From the NCBI GenBank assembly GCA_009914755.4, contig CP068257.2, forward strand, positions 32,896,001 to 32,960,000: a stretch of DNA of 64,000 bases, in the 5' to 3' direction. This document shows positions 43,875 to 59,612 of the stretch, piece by piece. The notes under the pieces were generated by a model that was not told where the DNA came from, ran no database searches, and saw only the letters and a list, made by a program, of their open reading frames with translations. Source of the DNA: the human T2T-CHM13v2.0 reference genome, Homo sapiens. How positions within the stretch are numbered: the stretch's first letter is position 1; each line of letters opens with the position of its first letter. Position numbers and translations under genes: made by a program.

Positions 43875-46800
43875 CTAGATAAGCCACATGGACACCTCAC
43901 ACTTGGATGGCTCACTCCAGCCACCTATGTCAGAAACACTAACTCATAATTCCCACAACGCCCCACTGAGGTGTGCAGGTGGCAGCCCACATGTTTCTGT
44001 TCCATCTATGGAAGGCTGGTGCAGGTCACGTGATTGCTCAAGTCGGGGAATGAGTCAAAGGGAAGGCTAGAAAGACAGTCCAACCCAACACCCTGAGATC
44101 CCAGCAGGCACCTTTAACTATCACAGTGTGCCTTTGCCAAGCCTAGGGAAGATGCTAAAATGAGTGACAGATTCAGTTACATTAGCAAGTAACACGTGGT
44201 GGCTTTTTAAAATTTGAGACAATTTTTTAAAATAGTAAACATCAACACAACTTTCTCATTTAACATACTTGAAAGATGAGAAAGGTGGTGGCCATCTTTC
44301 ACAAAAAAAGATGATGCTGATAGATTTAACAGCCACTAGTGATGAAGATGGCGATGATGAAGATGATGAGAAATAGCAGCGATCTGAAATTGACTGCCAG
44401 TCACCTATCAGGTATGGATGTAAGCAGTCAACACTCACTCTCTCATGTAACCCTCAAGCCACTCTAGGAGACAGGTACTATCACTTTTTTATAGGTGAGG
44501 AACTAAGGCTACATGTTGTGCTTAATTCTCTTGGATGTCCGACCTGGAATCAGAATTTGAGGTAAAGTGACAATGAAATTGTACCCAGCCTAAACCAAAT
44601 TCTTAAAATAGTGAAGAATAATCCATCAAGCCCGTGATGAACTATGTTGACAAGTTCAAGCTGTTGAGGAGGTGCTTGTGCATTACTGATAGAAAAGGAT
44701 AATGCTTTTCATGCTGCCGACCATTCACAAGACATTTGGCTATTCCATAAAAGAGATTCTCCCTCTCGAACTCCGAGGGAGAAGGCTGTTTCAGGTTCCC
44801 ATCACCAAACCACTCTGCAGCTGGGGTGCCCTGCTACCCGGTGCAGGAGCCCTGCACCAACACTCTGACAAAGAACTCCATGAGACAGTCAGAGATGGAA
44901 AGGTTTGCCAGGCCAGGACTTCCTCTAGGAAAGCAGGCCTCAGGTTCAGACCTGTTTAAGCTGACACCCGACTCCACCTCCACCGTGACTGAGACTCGAG
45001 ATGACTGATGAGCTGGAATGATCAAGAAAGGCTAAGAATCATCAGGAAAGGAAATGATCAAGAAGAAAACGTTCATCATTGTTTAAGAAGGCAGGGTTGG
45101 ACTGTCCATTTTAGACACTGATTCCTCAAATGGTTAAACATCACATTTCTAACAACCAAGAGGCTATATACCCTTCAGCTCTACGGAAAATCTGGTCATC
45201 TCAAACAACATATTTCCTAAAGATTTTGAATTGTAGAGTTTTACTCTGGTTTTTCAAGGAACCACGGCATCTTCAAAAGGACACTGGTTCTAGGAGTCTG
45301 AAGTCCTGGTTTCTAGCTCTCGCTTTTCCAGTAACAAACTGAGTTGCACTGGGGAGAACATTTCATCTCCTGGATCTCGCCCTGTCTGTCGCAAAATCAA
45401 CGGTAAAGGCTCCCTGGGCTCCAATGCTCCAATGGAATTCTGGGAATCCAAAAGGATGTGACCGGAAAGAACACAATCATGGATAATCTCATTCAGCTTA
45501 TATAAGTGAACAAAGTGTGGGAAAGCAAGGCAGAGGTATTAGCACTCAAGTGTATTAATATCTATGCTAATGGAATACTACAAGAAACATTCCATCTAAA
45601 TGCTAAAAATAGGTTTCCAATTAATCATAATTTAACAAAATATAAATTGCTGTCAGTCTAGCTACATGAAATTCCCACTAGGGCCACTGGAAATTGAGAG
45701 AATGCAAAGATGGATGGATGTAGTCTACTTATTCCAGGAATAGTTGGAAAATTTGGAATAAGGCCAGGATTAGGGAAAAAATAAAACAAAACTTGCCTGA
45801 CAAATTGAGTAGTGTTGGGAAGTTTAATACAATCTGTGACTGATTCACAGCACAGGAGTCTTTCTGTAAGAAGAGCCCTGTTTGTTCTGGGCAGTGGCTT
45901 ATATGTTCAAGAACGAGTTCAGATGAGTGCAACTTCAAGTAGAGCTCCACAATGAATCCAATTACGTAGGCGGCCACCACAGCACTTCTTTAACTTTCGT
46001 AGGCAAGGAAGAAGATAAAGAACTCATTTGTAAGGTATACAAATGCCCTGCTGGTAATGGTCTAATAAGCCTAACAATTTAAATGCCATGCTCTGAAATA
46101 ACCCTTTGTTTCGGTGGATTGAGTCAGCCAAAGTATCCGGAACTGGGTCCCACAGAGGGTCCTGATGTTCTTTGGAACATAGCTCACATTTTCCAGTTTA
46201 TTATGCAGGTTCTGACTGATAATAATTCTGTCACAGTCAACCTACACTTTGCAGTTTACAAGGTCATTTCACATGTATTAACTCTTTCAAGTTTCTCTAA
46301 AACCTGGAGAGGATATAGGGAAGGTGTTAACTATCCTTACCTTTGAAGAAAGGAGGCTTGGTGAATTGAGACTACTTGCCTAAGGTCAGGCAGCTCACAA
46401 TCGCCAGCATCAACATTCACATTCCTGCCCTGTGATTCTGTGGTCCTGGATGGCTGTACCCAAATATTTCTTCCTGAAGGTCTTTGAGTTAGTCCTGAAA
46501 AAGGCACGGTTCAGGTACACTGACATGCCTTCAAGTTTCCACGGTGAGCCAGTGAACATTACTTAACGAGAGCAATGGTGAGCTCATGCAGATCTCAGGC
46601 TCTGAACTGAGAAAATGTTCAGACCATTAAAAAACCTTTCTCCCCCAAACAATTTTGTCTTTTAATCTAAGAAGTCAGGTTCTTGGCATTTCTGACCACT
46701 CTAACACAAATCCAGAATTTGCCTAAGCGAGCAAAAGAGGATGCACAAATCATGACTGTAACAAGCCTGGTTTAGTCTGACGGGGTTGCCGGTACAGGCA

Positions 46801-47462
46801 CATTCTAGGATAGATGCAGGCAGCCCATGAAAGTCCCAGGGAAAGAAGTCCACACTGGGAGGGGCTAAAAGCTTCGGACAGGTGGCTAATTCTAAAGTTC
46901 CTTCTGTGAACTGCTCCACATAAGCAAAGCAACCTAGACTTCCCTAAGAATTTGAAAGCAGGATCTTACTTTATCATTTTTCCATCTTTTACGCTTAGAA
47001 CAAAGAAGTAACAAAGAATAAGAATAAAAATCAAGGAGAAAGAACAGAGGCAAACAATAGTGCCCATACTGATACTTATTTTAAGATTGTTGATTTTTGT
47101 GGGACATCCATTTCCTGGAAAACTTTACAAAAGAGGATTGTTGTAAAGTTCTAAATGATGAAGACAGGGCTTTATAACGGAAACCATTTCTCAATTCTTT
47201 AATAATTTTAATACTTAATAATTAGCACCAGAAGAAAATTTGGTTGAAGTGATGACAAAAAGAAAATCATGTGTGAAAAATTGGAAATATTGACATGATT
47301 TCACAAAGACATCAGAAGAATGATACATTTGTGCAGGAAGTACAGTAAGAGCCTGGGGGAAGCTAAATGGAAAATTAGTGGTCAAATAAAGAAACAAAAG
47401 AGAGCAATGTCCAGTAAGGCCATTCTGACTATAAAGCCATTCTGACTATACTCTTACAAACT

Positions 47463-47840
47463 GATGTGATTTGGCTCTGTGTCCCCACCCAAATCTCACC
47501 ATGAATTGTAATCTCCATAATCCCCACATGTCAAGGGTGGGACCAGGTGGAGGTAATTGGATCATGGGGGTGGTTTCCCTCATCCTGTTCTGGTGATAAT
47601 GAGTGAGTTTCAGGGGATCCGATGATTTTATAAGTGCCTATCATTTCCCCTGCTTGCACTCACTCCATCCTGCCGCCCTGTGAAGAAGGTTGCCTGCTTC
47701 TCCTTTGCCTTCCTCCATGATTGTAAGTTTCCTGAGGCCTCCCCAGCAATGCAGACTGTGAGTCAATTAAACCTCTTTCCTTTATAAATTACCCTCTCTA
47801 GGGTAGTTCTTTATAGCAGCATGAGAATGGACTAATTCAC
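47463..47840 (+). mobile_element. MSTA-type MaLR solo LTR
   Basis: tgatgtgatttggctctgtgtccccacccaaatctcaccatgaattgtaatctccataatccccacatgtcaagggtgggacc...ctttatagcagcatgagaatggactaattca. Confidence 0.8.
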
Positions 47841-50155
47841 AAACTAGTGCTGTGTTGACATCATGATCAGAGTAAATACGGGATAAAAGTTCCCAAGCTA
47901 TGCAACTTTCTCCAGCAGGAGAAACTTTTTTTTGGGCAAGTGGTTACTTTAAAACTTTATTTTTAGTACAAGGGAAAATGATCCCAAAAGTGTATTTGTA
48001 AGCTATGGTTTGACTATTTTTGATGTCAGGAACTGTGATTCACCTACAATATCCAACTTATTTTAAATATTATTCTAATGCTCTCTACCTAAACAAAAAT
48101 ACATTTGAAATAGTGAAATCTTTCTCCAAGAGTTAAAAATACTGGAGCTAGTTTTGCTTGGCTGGTCTGAAATACTTGAAAGCAGAACTGCAAGAACTAG
48201 CACTTTCTGGAAAGTGTTGACCTCTTTCTGGATAATTTTATAAAGAAGTTAGCTACCTCAGTAAACTGTTTATGAAAAAAAGAGAAGCTAAACATGAATC
48301 CATGCACAGTGTCAATGCTTTTGATACTGAATTCTAACTCAAGACCTGAATTTTAACTCAAGAATATTCCGTCAATATTGGCCCGACGTTCAGGGCCACG
48401 GTGGTCCCACAGCTGAGGACAGCTGGAGCACGCTGGGCTGCTCCTGCCCACTGCAATTTTCTATAGGCTCACAGGATTGAGGGATTTGGTTCCTTAAAAG
48501 GCTCCAGATCCTATCCCTTCTCATTCGGAGACTACCCAGAAAATCCCTGGTCATTTATCACTGCAGTGCACTGGTGCCACACTCAATTACATTTCCTTCC
48601 ATGTGACTGCATTAACCAGAGTGGGGCACTCCCAGATCTGCCCCATACTTTCTGTGAGGTCATACTGAACAAGCACTTCAAGAAAATCTGACTGAATGCT
48701 CCATGAATTCCATTATGAAGGCATATAAAACAATCATCTTGCTCCATTTCCCTCAGGGGCAATTTCTTAAGGCTACGTTTTGGCCAGAAGTCAATAAAGA
48801 CTTCATGGAGCACCGATTTACTCTGCAGTGACATCTTTTGGTACATTCTTACGCTCCTGGAAAATCAAACACTCTATATTCCATGACTTCCCCAAATATT
48901 CTGCTCCATTGGTCATCACTGATTAGATGCCTGCCATGTGCCAGGCATTCCCAGGAAAGCGTATTTCCATGGTGGCATATGAATAAAGCCAGGTGACAAA
49001 TGCTGTGGGCAAGGGGAGCATGCACAGAGGGTCCCCGAGGAGTGATGTGGGAGAGCAGAGGCGACATGGGTGGTGCCACCTCAGTCCCTCTTCCCAAGGT
49101 GCTCTCACTCACCTGAAACTTATCCTAGACTTTGAAAGTCTAGAATACTTTCAAAAGGACACTTTCACATCAACTCAGGCAAATGCAAAAGTTAAATTCT
49201 CCATTGTCAACGGTGGTATCAGGGCTCTGGGCTACCCAGGATCAAATCCCAGATTCGCTCAGCCCTCGCCACCTTTGGTAAGTTATTTGATCTCCATGTA
49301 CTTTAGTTTTCTCATCCATAAAATACAATAATAATACCATGGTACCTAGCTTGTGCAGTGGTGATGAGGATTCAATGAGATAGGTGTAAAATGCTCATGG
49401 TACCCAGTGATATTATAATAACGCACAGTAGGATATTCTTATCTACGATAATCAGAGATCCTATTCATGTTGCATCCATGGCAACCTGCTGCCACCAGCA
49501 CGCCATCAGCTTATCTTATTAAGTTGCCTATTTTGTTCCTCTTCATTTCCACCTTTGTTTGACACACAGAACAGGGACTCTTCCATAAACAAACCTTTTA
49601 ACTTCCCCTTACCTCCACACGCACACCATTGCCATCAGTATTGATTGTGGTGTCCGCTGTTTTCAGGGTAAAGGAACATGGGGAGACAAAGACCCCAACT
49701 TGTTAGAACTAACATCTAAAGCAGAAAGCCAGTTCTCTCACTTTAGCCACCAGAAACCTGAGAACACACAGTAAAATCTAGCATAAAACTCAACTTGGGG
49801 CCAATCTGACAGAATATTTTTGAGTTAAAATTTAGGGTTTATTGATGTGGACACTGAAAAGTAATCCAACCTTTCTGGAAAACCATTTGACAAAATGCAA
49901 TCATATTTATAAAGGGTCCGTAGTCTTGAGAGTTGGTAATTCCATTTGGGGAAATTATTCCTACATTAAAAAAGATAAGTTGTATAAAGATGTTTAAGTC
50001 TGCTGTTTATGACAGAAAAAACATGTGGGGAAATGAAGAAACAGCTACCGTTCACTCAGCAGAGTGCTGGTTTATCAGCACCAAGGGCAGGGAAGCATGA
50101 AAAGGCTTCCAGAACTGCATTGAACTTAGCATGGCTGAAGCCCATGGGGTAGGGC

Positions 50156-50882
<727 letters not shown>

Positions 50883-51491
50883 GCGGGGGGATCACAGGGC
50901 AGGAAATGAATAAGAAATGAAGCTGGAGAGGCAGGCAGGGGCCAGATCCGTTGGTGGAGGAACCCGGAAACTGTCCCATAAGAACTGTGAGACTGCCAGA
51001 AGGAAGGAATGCAGCCAGGCTGCGATTTGGGGGAAGACTGCCCTGGGCCGCCCAGAGCCTGATGTGAAAGGAGACTGGGGAAAGGAGAGAACAGGGAGGC
51101 AGGGACAGACAGCCAGGGTAGCAAGGAGGGCCAGGCCAGTGAATAAGAGTGGAATAGCAACACAGCGGAGAGTCACAACCACATGAAATGTGGGTTGTGA
51201 TCACTGGAAAAAATTTAAAGTAAAGCTGAAGTAATGTAAGTTGGATACAATATTCATTAATTATTTTTCTATGAAGTTTATAAAAGCCTCATAACTATAA
51301 ATATACATATTTATATTTTAAAATCCTGGGCTTGACCTCTGCTTGTCATCTAAGATAGTGCTACCCAATATGTGATCAGTGGGGAGGGGCCAACATGTCA
51401 TGAGGGAAAACCAGAAAAAGAGAATTAGCCTTTAAAACCTTTAAATTTATCAGAAAACTTGTATGACTGTTGGAACTAATAAGAAAAAGCT

Positions 51492-51790
51492 GACCGGGTG
51501 TGGTGGCTCACACCTGGAATCCCAGTGCTTCGGGAGGCCAAGACAGTAGGATTGCTTGGGCCCAGGAGTTAAAGACCAGCCTGGGCAACAAGTGAGACCC
51601 CATCTCTACCCAAAATTAAACAAACAAACAAACAAAACCAGTCAGGCATGGTGGCGTGCACCTGTGCCCAGCTACTGGGGAAGATTGCTTGAGCCCAGGA
51701 AGTCAAAGTCAACAAGTGAGCCGTGATGGTGTCACTGCAATCTAGCCTGGGCAACAGAGTGAGACCTTGTCTGAAAAAGAAAAGAAAAAG
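51492..51790 (+). mobile_element. Alu SINE (old, diverged) with an internal (CAAA)n
   Basis: gaccgggtgtggtggctcacacctggaatcccagtgcttcgggaggc... The TSD aagaaaaagct lies at 51481-51491 and 51781-51791. Confidence 0.9.
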
Positions 51791-53221
51791 CTAAGGCTTG
51801 TATTCCATGTCTCTTTTTGTTCCACTTCATTCTTCTAGTAATTCACTTTTATCATATTATGTTTATCCGTTGGCAACAGGTTGGAAATTTAAACAAAAAC
51901 CAGGTTTCCCTGGTAGATAGTTTGAGAAGTGCTAACTAAAGACATCACATTCCTGCTGGGCTTTCAGGGCTTGGCAGTGCACAGAGGGCAGCCTGCTCCA
52001 GCTCACACTCTGTGGCAATGTCACCTATCCTATCCCGTGCCCTCAAATGGGGGCTACTGCTCCACTGACACGCTGGTTGGGAAGGTGAGGGCGCTGCAGC
52101 TGAAACAGCTGTATTACACAGGAGTACAGCCATAACTGAGGAAGATGCTTCTTTAATAACCACTTATATGAGTGTGTGTGTATATGTATTGAACAAACTG
52201 TTCAACAGATGGGAAAACATGGCCTACACAAGAAATGGTGCCACTACATAGCCCCAGAACCCTTTCCTGACCAACACATTCATTTTTTGTCATTTTAAAA
52301 GGCAGTATTAGGTGAATTCAATGAGCCTCCTTCTATGTGTGCTCGGCAAAACGTGTGGCTTACATAACTAGCACAAAGAGCTGGTATACCTTGTGATATA
52401 ATACACTTCACAGTATCTCTTTCCCAGCGACCATGTATACACATTTGCCTGAAGCTCTGCAAGGGCGGAGCTCACACCTGGGTTTTGCTCCCCAATGTGT
52501 GTGTGTTCGTGTGAACCATCTACCAGGTGTCGGGGCTGGAGACTACGTTCACGCAGGAACACTTTCCGTCACCTGCTGAACCTGCTACGTCTCTGGAATG
52601 TACTACACAACAGTACAGCAGAAGTGGAGATATTTCTGGCCTAAGGGAAAGGGGCACTACTTCAGAGCTGCATAAAGATGAAATGGGCTGTCTAGGGACA
52701 GAGGAAGCTGCCTTTTCCTGCGAGTAGGTAGAGGACGGGCAACCATGTGGCATGTGGCTGGGCAGTCCAGCCCCAGAGTGGAGTGCTTCTGGGCAAATGA
52801 CTCCCAGAGTCTTCTCCTAATCCAGGGTCTCCAAATTCTGTGCGAACCCCAGATCCACTCAATATTCCAGGACTAGGGTCTGCGGCAGGTTACCCTTCCT
52901 GAACAAATGGCCACTAACATTCCCTGAGTCCACATGGCTGAAAGTTACACTTCATGGCAACAAACTGTAAATAAAATATGTTCCATTTTCCTTCCTTGAA
53001 AAAAAATGTGGTCACAGTGACCTGGAAGGCCACATTCAAATTTAGGATTCTCAGCTCCCTGGAGTCCCTCACTGGAATGGACAAAGAATGGAGAGTGGGA
53101 CCAGGCCTCACCTGAAGACCCAGGCCTTACCTGAAAAAAAGGGGCAGAGGAGGGGTCAGAAGCACACCAAGCAAACTCACTTCACTGTTCTCTGACCTGA
53201 TGGTTTTTGTGTTGGTCCCTG

Positions 53222-53632
53222 CTGTGTTGCTCTCAGGGAATACCCGAGACTGTGTAATGTATAAAGAAAAGAGGTTTACTTAGCTCATGGTTCTGCAGGC
53301 TGTACAAGCACGCACCAGCTCTGCTCGGCTTCTGGTGTGGCCTCAGGAAGCTTCTACTCATGGTGGAAGGTGAAGGGGGAGCAGGCGTGTCACATGGCAA
53401 GAGAAAGAGCGAGAGAGGAGGAGGTGCCAGGCTCCTTTAACCAACCAGCTCTTCTGTGAACTCATAGAGTAAGAACTCAACTCACTACTGCAAGAACAGC
53501 ACCCAGCCGTTCATGAGGGATCTACCCCCTTGACCCAAACATCTCCCACCAGGCCTCCCTCCAACACTGGGGATCACATTTCAACATGACATTTGGAGGG
53601 GACAAACATCCAAACTACACCAGCTTTAAACT
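53222..53632 (-). mobile_element. MST/MLT-type MaLR solo LTR
   Basis: ...gagactgtgtaatgtataaagaaaagaggtttacttagctcatggttctgcaggctgtacaagc...ggggatcacatttcaacatgacatttggaggggacaaacatccaaac. Confidence 0.75.
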
Positions 53633-53725
53633 AACAAACTTGATCAATGGTACTGCTTTGCCTCCCACCTCCCCACCCCCTAAATCCTGCTGTGGTTCTA
53701 TGTAAAATTTCAAACTTTTGTGTAG

Positions 53726-54155
<430 letters not shown>

Positions 54156-55385
54156 TCCTGAATACTTCGAAAGTTGAGAACACAAGCTCTAAGAGGCATA
54201 CTTCTGTTAGAAAAAAAATAATTCACCACTCATGCTAATCTGAAATCTATTTTCAAATTCAGAACTTCGGTCTAGTTACTGACTGGGAAGGTGCCAAGGT
54301 TCTACCTACACCTAAGAAGTCCCTAGCAGCACGGGCGCCACTGGAATTTCCCACTTGTCGCTGCTGTTGATGCAAGGAAATCGCAACATAAGAGGAAAAT
54401 GGGGTTGGAGCCACGAGGCTTGCTTTTGCCACTTATCTTCCAGAGTTCATTCTGCTACATGGACAGAAGATAACTGGAGTGAAATAGATATTTCCCTATG
54501 TTCCTTCTGCATTTGGTTGGTCAATGTCAAAGTAAGGACCAAATTCCATCTGATAGCTAAGCGCACAGAAGGGGCTCGGCTCTGGGAGCAGTGAGGGTGT
54601 TGGCGGATCTGTATGGCAATACTCTTAAGACAGCTTCCACCAGGATGTGAGCCTCCTGCTTGGGACCTCTGCCCCAGCTTTCATAGCATGCCATGGTCCC
54701 TTTAGAAGGAAGCCCGAAGTGCACATTGAAAGCTGACCTCTGCTTCATTCAGCACTGCAGCTGCCTGGGGCCACTTCCACTGACCTCATCAGCCCCTACA
54801 ATCGGAATTCAGCCTTGAAATCTAGACACTTTTTTGTGCTCATGTTAGAAAAAGGAACTAAAAGTGCTCTACCTTTGATGCAAATCTCCCCCCTGCCTCC
54901 CACAAATCCAACACAGGACCTTGCTATATATAATTAGATGAGCTGGCAAGAGCTTGACCTCAAATGTTTTTTTAACTTTTCAGTTAACTTTGAGAATTTG
55001 GTTTTCCAACTTCACAATGAAGTGAGCTTGTAACTTTGAGTCTAGAAAGTGTGTTTGTTGGCGAGATGGCAGCGATGCCCGGAGTCACGGTGTGTTTGTG
55101 CCACCTTGGTTCCCTGTGTTTACAGCAGAATGAGCTCTTAGAGGGCTCTCCTTACATCCACTGGAGGAATTGCATGCTAATCATACGTGAAGGAGGTCTT
55201 TAAGAAGAAAGGAGCCTTGCTTCTCTGAGGAATCATACTCATGAATTGCTGGGGCAGAACCAGCAGGCAGCGTGCACTTGGGCCTGCTTTCCAGTAGCTC
55301 TGAGAAGGCCCAGAGCCATTTCAAGTCTGATTTCATTTCATCCCTTTTTTCTTCAATGTCTTCCTTTCTGCAAGATCTTTCTTAG

Positions 55386-55739
55386 TGTATTAGTCTGTTT
55401 TCACGTTGCTGATAAAGATATACCCAAGACTGGGAAGAAAAAGAAGTTTAATTGGACTTACAGTTCCACATGGCTGGGGAGGCCTCAGAATCATGGTGAG
55501 AGACAAAAGGCGCTTCTTACATGGCGGCGGCAAAGGAAAATGAGGAAGAAACAAAAGTGAAACCTCTGATAAACCCATCAGATCTTGTGAGACTTATTCA
55601 CTACCATGAGAAAAGCATGGGGGACACCGCCCCCAGGATTCAAATGATCTCCCACCAGGTCCCTCCCACAACATGTGGGAATTATGGGAGTACAATTCAA
55701 TAGGAGATTTGAGTGGGGACAAAGAGCCAAACCATATCA
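55386..55739 (-). mobile_element. THE1-type MaLR solo LTR
   Basis: tgtattagtctgttttcacgttgctgataaagatatacccaagactggg...gatttgagtggggacaaagagccaaaccatatca. Confidence 0.82.
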
Positions 55740-56339
55740 CTTAGTGTGTAAATTTTAGAGTAGCCTCTGAGCAGTATTATTTAGTCACACTATAGGTTGC
55801 ATAGGTTTCTGTGGGCTTGAGAATACAGTATTGTCTCTGTGGAAAATGCCTTCCAGCACTAAACAGCAAGTGCAGAGAGAGAATTTTTTTAGACTATAGC
55901 TTATTTTTGAAGTTGGAAGAATTGCTATATAGGAATCACCATAAATCCTAAAAGACTGGGCCTCAAATAAGAGCCTTTTTCTTTTATCTCAAAATAATTT
56001 AATACAAATACTAACAAACGCACCTTTCTTCCATGGTGATGTTTTATGTGTTACCATATCCTAGATTAGAAACCCACTTATGATAGCATCTATGAGCTCA
56101 GACAGAAAGGCAGGGCCTGTCCTTCCTCCACCTGCCTACCCTGGAGTCACTGCCAGAGGCTAAGGTGGAGAAATCACTGTGGCAGAGCTTTCAGGATGGA
56201 GTGCCTGATGGGATACAGGGGAGGAACAACTGGAGAGAAAAGGAAGGAAAAGGAAGGAAAAAGCGACTCACAATTTAAGCACATCCTGTGTGCCAGCAAC
56301 TGTGCTAGGTGTTTATATATATCATCTTAAATTTCTTAT

Positions 56340-56450
56340 CTTGGCTCTGAGGTAGGTGTTATTTACATTTTACAGATGAGGAAATAATCTCATGTCATAA
56401 TCTCAAACAATAAAGAATTCAAGACTTTGCCCAGGGACACTGATTAATTC
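56340..56450 (-). mobile_element. MIR SINE fragment
   Basis: ttatttacattttacagatgaggaaataatctca...gactttgcccagggacac is the reverse complement of the MIR core. Confidence 0.55.
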
Positions 56451-57588
56451 CTTCCCGGATCCAGTCTTTGAATGCAGAGACCACAGGGCTCACAAGATCC
56501 ACTCAAGGGGCTTCGGGTGGGGTTTGGTAGAGGCAAAGGGGCTGGAGGAAGGGAGGTGAAGGTAGTGGTGGGCCTGCCCATGGCTTCTTCTGGAAGCTGG
56601 TGGCACAGCCCAACTACAGACTAAAGTTGAAGGACAGACGGGAGGGCCCAGGCCCAAGCTCCCTGGGGTAGCTGAAGGACCCTAAATCCCTATATAAATG
56701 CAGTGTTCAATAAGTGTAGTAACTGTAGAGATTTTTTTTAAAAACCATCCAGTCTAGAAAATTCTAGATAGTGAAAAAGGGCCTTTCCTTTCTAAAGATG
56801 TAGAGGTTAAAAACTGTTATAGGTAAAATATGATCTGGAGAAAATAAGAGAACTAGACAAGTAAGGGAATAATAATTAAGAAAAAAGAAAGAAGGAGCTT
56901 TTTAAGCACAAGGATTCTCAAAAAGACTAGAGTGATTTGCTTCTGCATATAGCTTTCGTTACTTACCAGTGGTGTAAGAGGTCTGGTAAATATGGAAAAA
57001 ACATCCTAAGAACAGGATGTAAATGACAACCTCTTAGGCAATATGAGTTAAGATTATAAAGCAGCATGACTGACGTCTTGAATTAGTGGTCTACCACTGA
57101 AACACGTGGAGCATGTTTTCCACATATCCATGCTGAGTGGCTCAAAACTCTTTTTGCCTTCATCTAGAACACTTTTTTCTGCTGATACATCTCTGTCTTG
57201 TGATGATAGTGGACTCTTTTTTTTTTTTTTTTGGAACACTCAAAACCAAAATATGATACATGAAGTGCACAATCAACCCAGTAACACTACGATAAACCAA
57301 AAATAGAATGTGACCAGAATCCACATCTAATTTTCTCAAGTGAACTTGCTCCAAATACAATTTAAAAGAGCTACAAACTGCTTTTAGCACAGTGCTAGAA
57401 TATCCTTTTTTTATAGAAATTTACATGACTTAGGATAAAATATATTTTTTAAAAAATTCTTTCCCCAATCATTGACTCAAGCAAGTTGCAAACTTTAACA
57501 AAAATTCACAAAAATTAACCATGATGAAGAAGAGTAAAAAGGATCTGTTCTTAGAGGGGAGTTCCTTTATAAACAAATGAAACATGTG

Positions 57589-57953
<365 letters not shown>

Positions 57954-58148
57954 TTATCCTGAAAAAAAGTTACCACTTAAAATCAATTAAATACATTTTA
58001 CAAAATTTAAACTTGTATCTACCTCTTCAACAGAAGTATTGTGTTAAAATATTAATGTATTTTTAATTAAAGAGAGCAAATTTCCCTAACAGTGTCAATC
58101 AGTTTGTTTTAAATTAGAACTGTACACAGAATACAGATAAAATTTTTT

Positions 58149-58454
<306 letters not shown>

Positions 58455-59242
58455 TAGACAATTTACTTATTGTTGTAAATTACAACAAATGCTTTTACTT
58501 GCATGCCTATCAAAGACCTAATTTAATCACCACTAGTGTAATTGGTTTACCAAGAAACTGTGGAAAATGATCATCCTATTTCAAGAAGAGCTCCCTTTTA
58601 TCATTAAGGAGACACAGTACCCAGTTGTTCCAAAGACGGTAGGATGGAAAATCTGCAGAATTCACCTTCACCTTCTCTGAAGCAAACACAGAAAATCAGT
58701 GGGACCAGAATACAAACAGTTAACCCACTATGGCCCAGGGATTTCGCAAGAGGTCAAGGTAAAAAGTCCTCGAATTAAAAATTCCAGGAGATGGCTCCCT
58801 CTGCCCAATGAGGACTAGGTTGTCCGAGGGCTGGACTCATCCACATGCCTTTTGGGTCCCGGACCCACTGCTTCTCCAGTGGCAGGCAGAAGATCACAGA
58901 ATACTGGAGGCGCCTGTAGCTCCGACACCATGTGCCCTCTTTCTGGCTCAGTTCCATTAACTGTAAAATAAGGGACATCCTGGGGCTGGTGGAGGTGGCA
59001 CAGGGGGTGACTAGGAGCTAATCAGGGGGCCCCAGGGTGGACCCCTACTTCATGAGGGGCTGCTCCACTTTGCTGTTTTATGTGTTGGAGTTCAGTGAAA
59101 GAATTCACTTATAAAGATCTGACATTCAGAACAACAACAACAAAATAAAATGAAACTGTTTCAAAACCACTGAGCTTGACCATCTCTAAGGTTTCTTCCA
59201 GTCTCAACATTCTAAAGTCCATGAAAAAGGGTGAATTTGGCT

Positions 59243-59612
59243 GTATTAGTCCGGTCTCACACTGCTACAAAGAACTACCCAAGACTGGGTAATTTATGAA
59301 GAAAAGAGGTTGAATGGACTCACGGTTCCACAGGCTGTACAGGAAGCATGGCTGGAAAGGTCTCAGGAAATGTATAATCATGGCAGAAGGGCAAAAGAGA
59401 AGCAAGCATGTCTTCACATGACAGCAGGAGAGAGACAGTGAAAGGGGAGATGCTATACACTCTTAAACAACCAGATCTCAAAAGAACTCATTATCACAAG
59501 AATAGCAAGGGGGGAATCTACCCCCATGATCCAGTCACCTCCCACCAGGCCCAACACTGGGGATTACAATTCAACATGAGATTTGGATGGGGACACAGAG
59601 CCAAACCATATC
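59243..59612 (-). mobile_element. MST-type MaLR solo LTR
   Basis: tgtattagtccggtctcacactgctacaaagaactacccaagactgggtaatttatgaag...gatttggatggggacacagagccaaaccatatc. Confidence 0.82.

Noticed and set aside
52400-52760. CpG-retaining unique segment (the source of the 65-bp copy)
   Set aside because: The CpG frequency of about one per 40 bp is only modestly above the window background of one per 50-60 bp. It is not distinctive enough to call a regulatory element from sequence alone.
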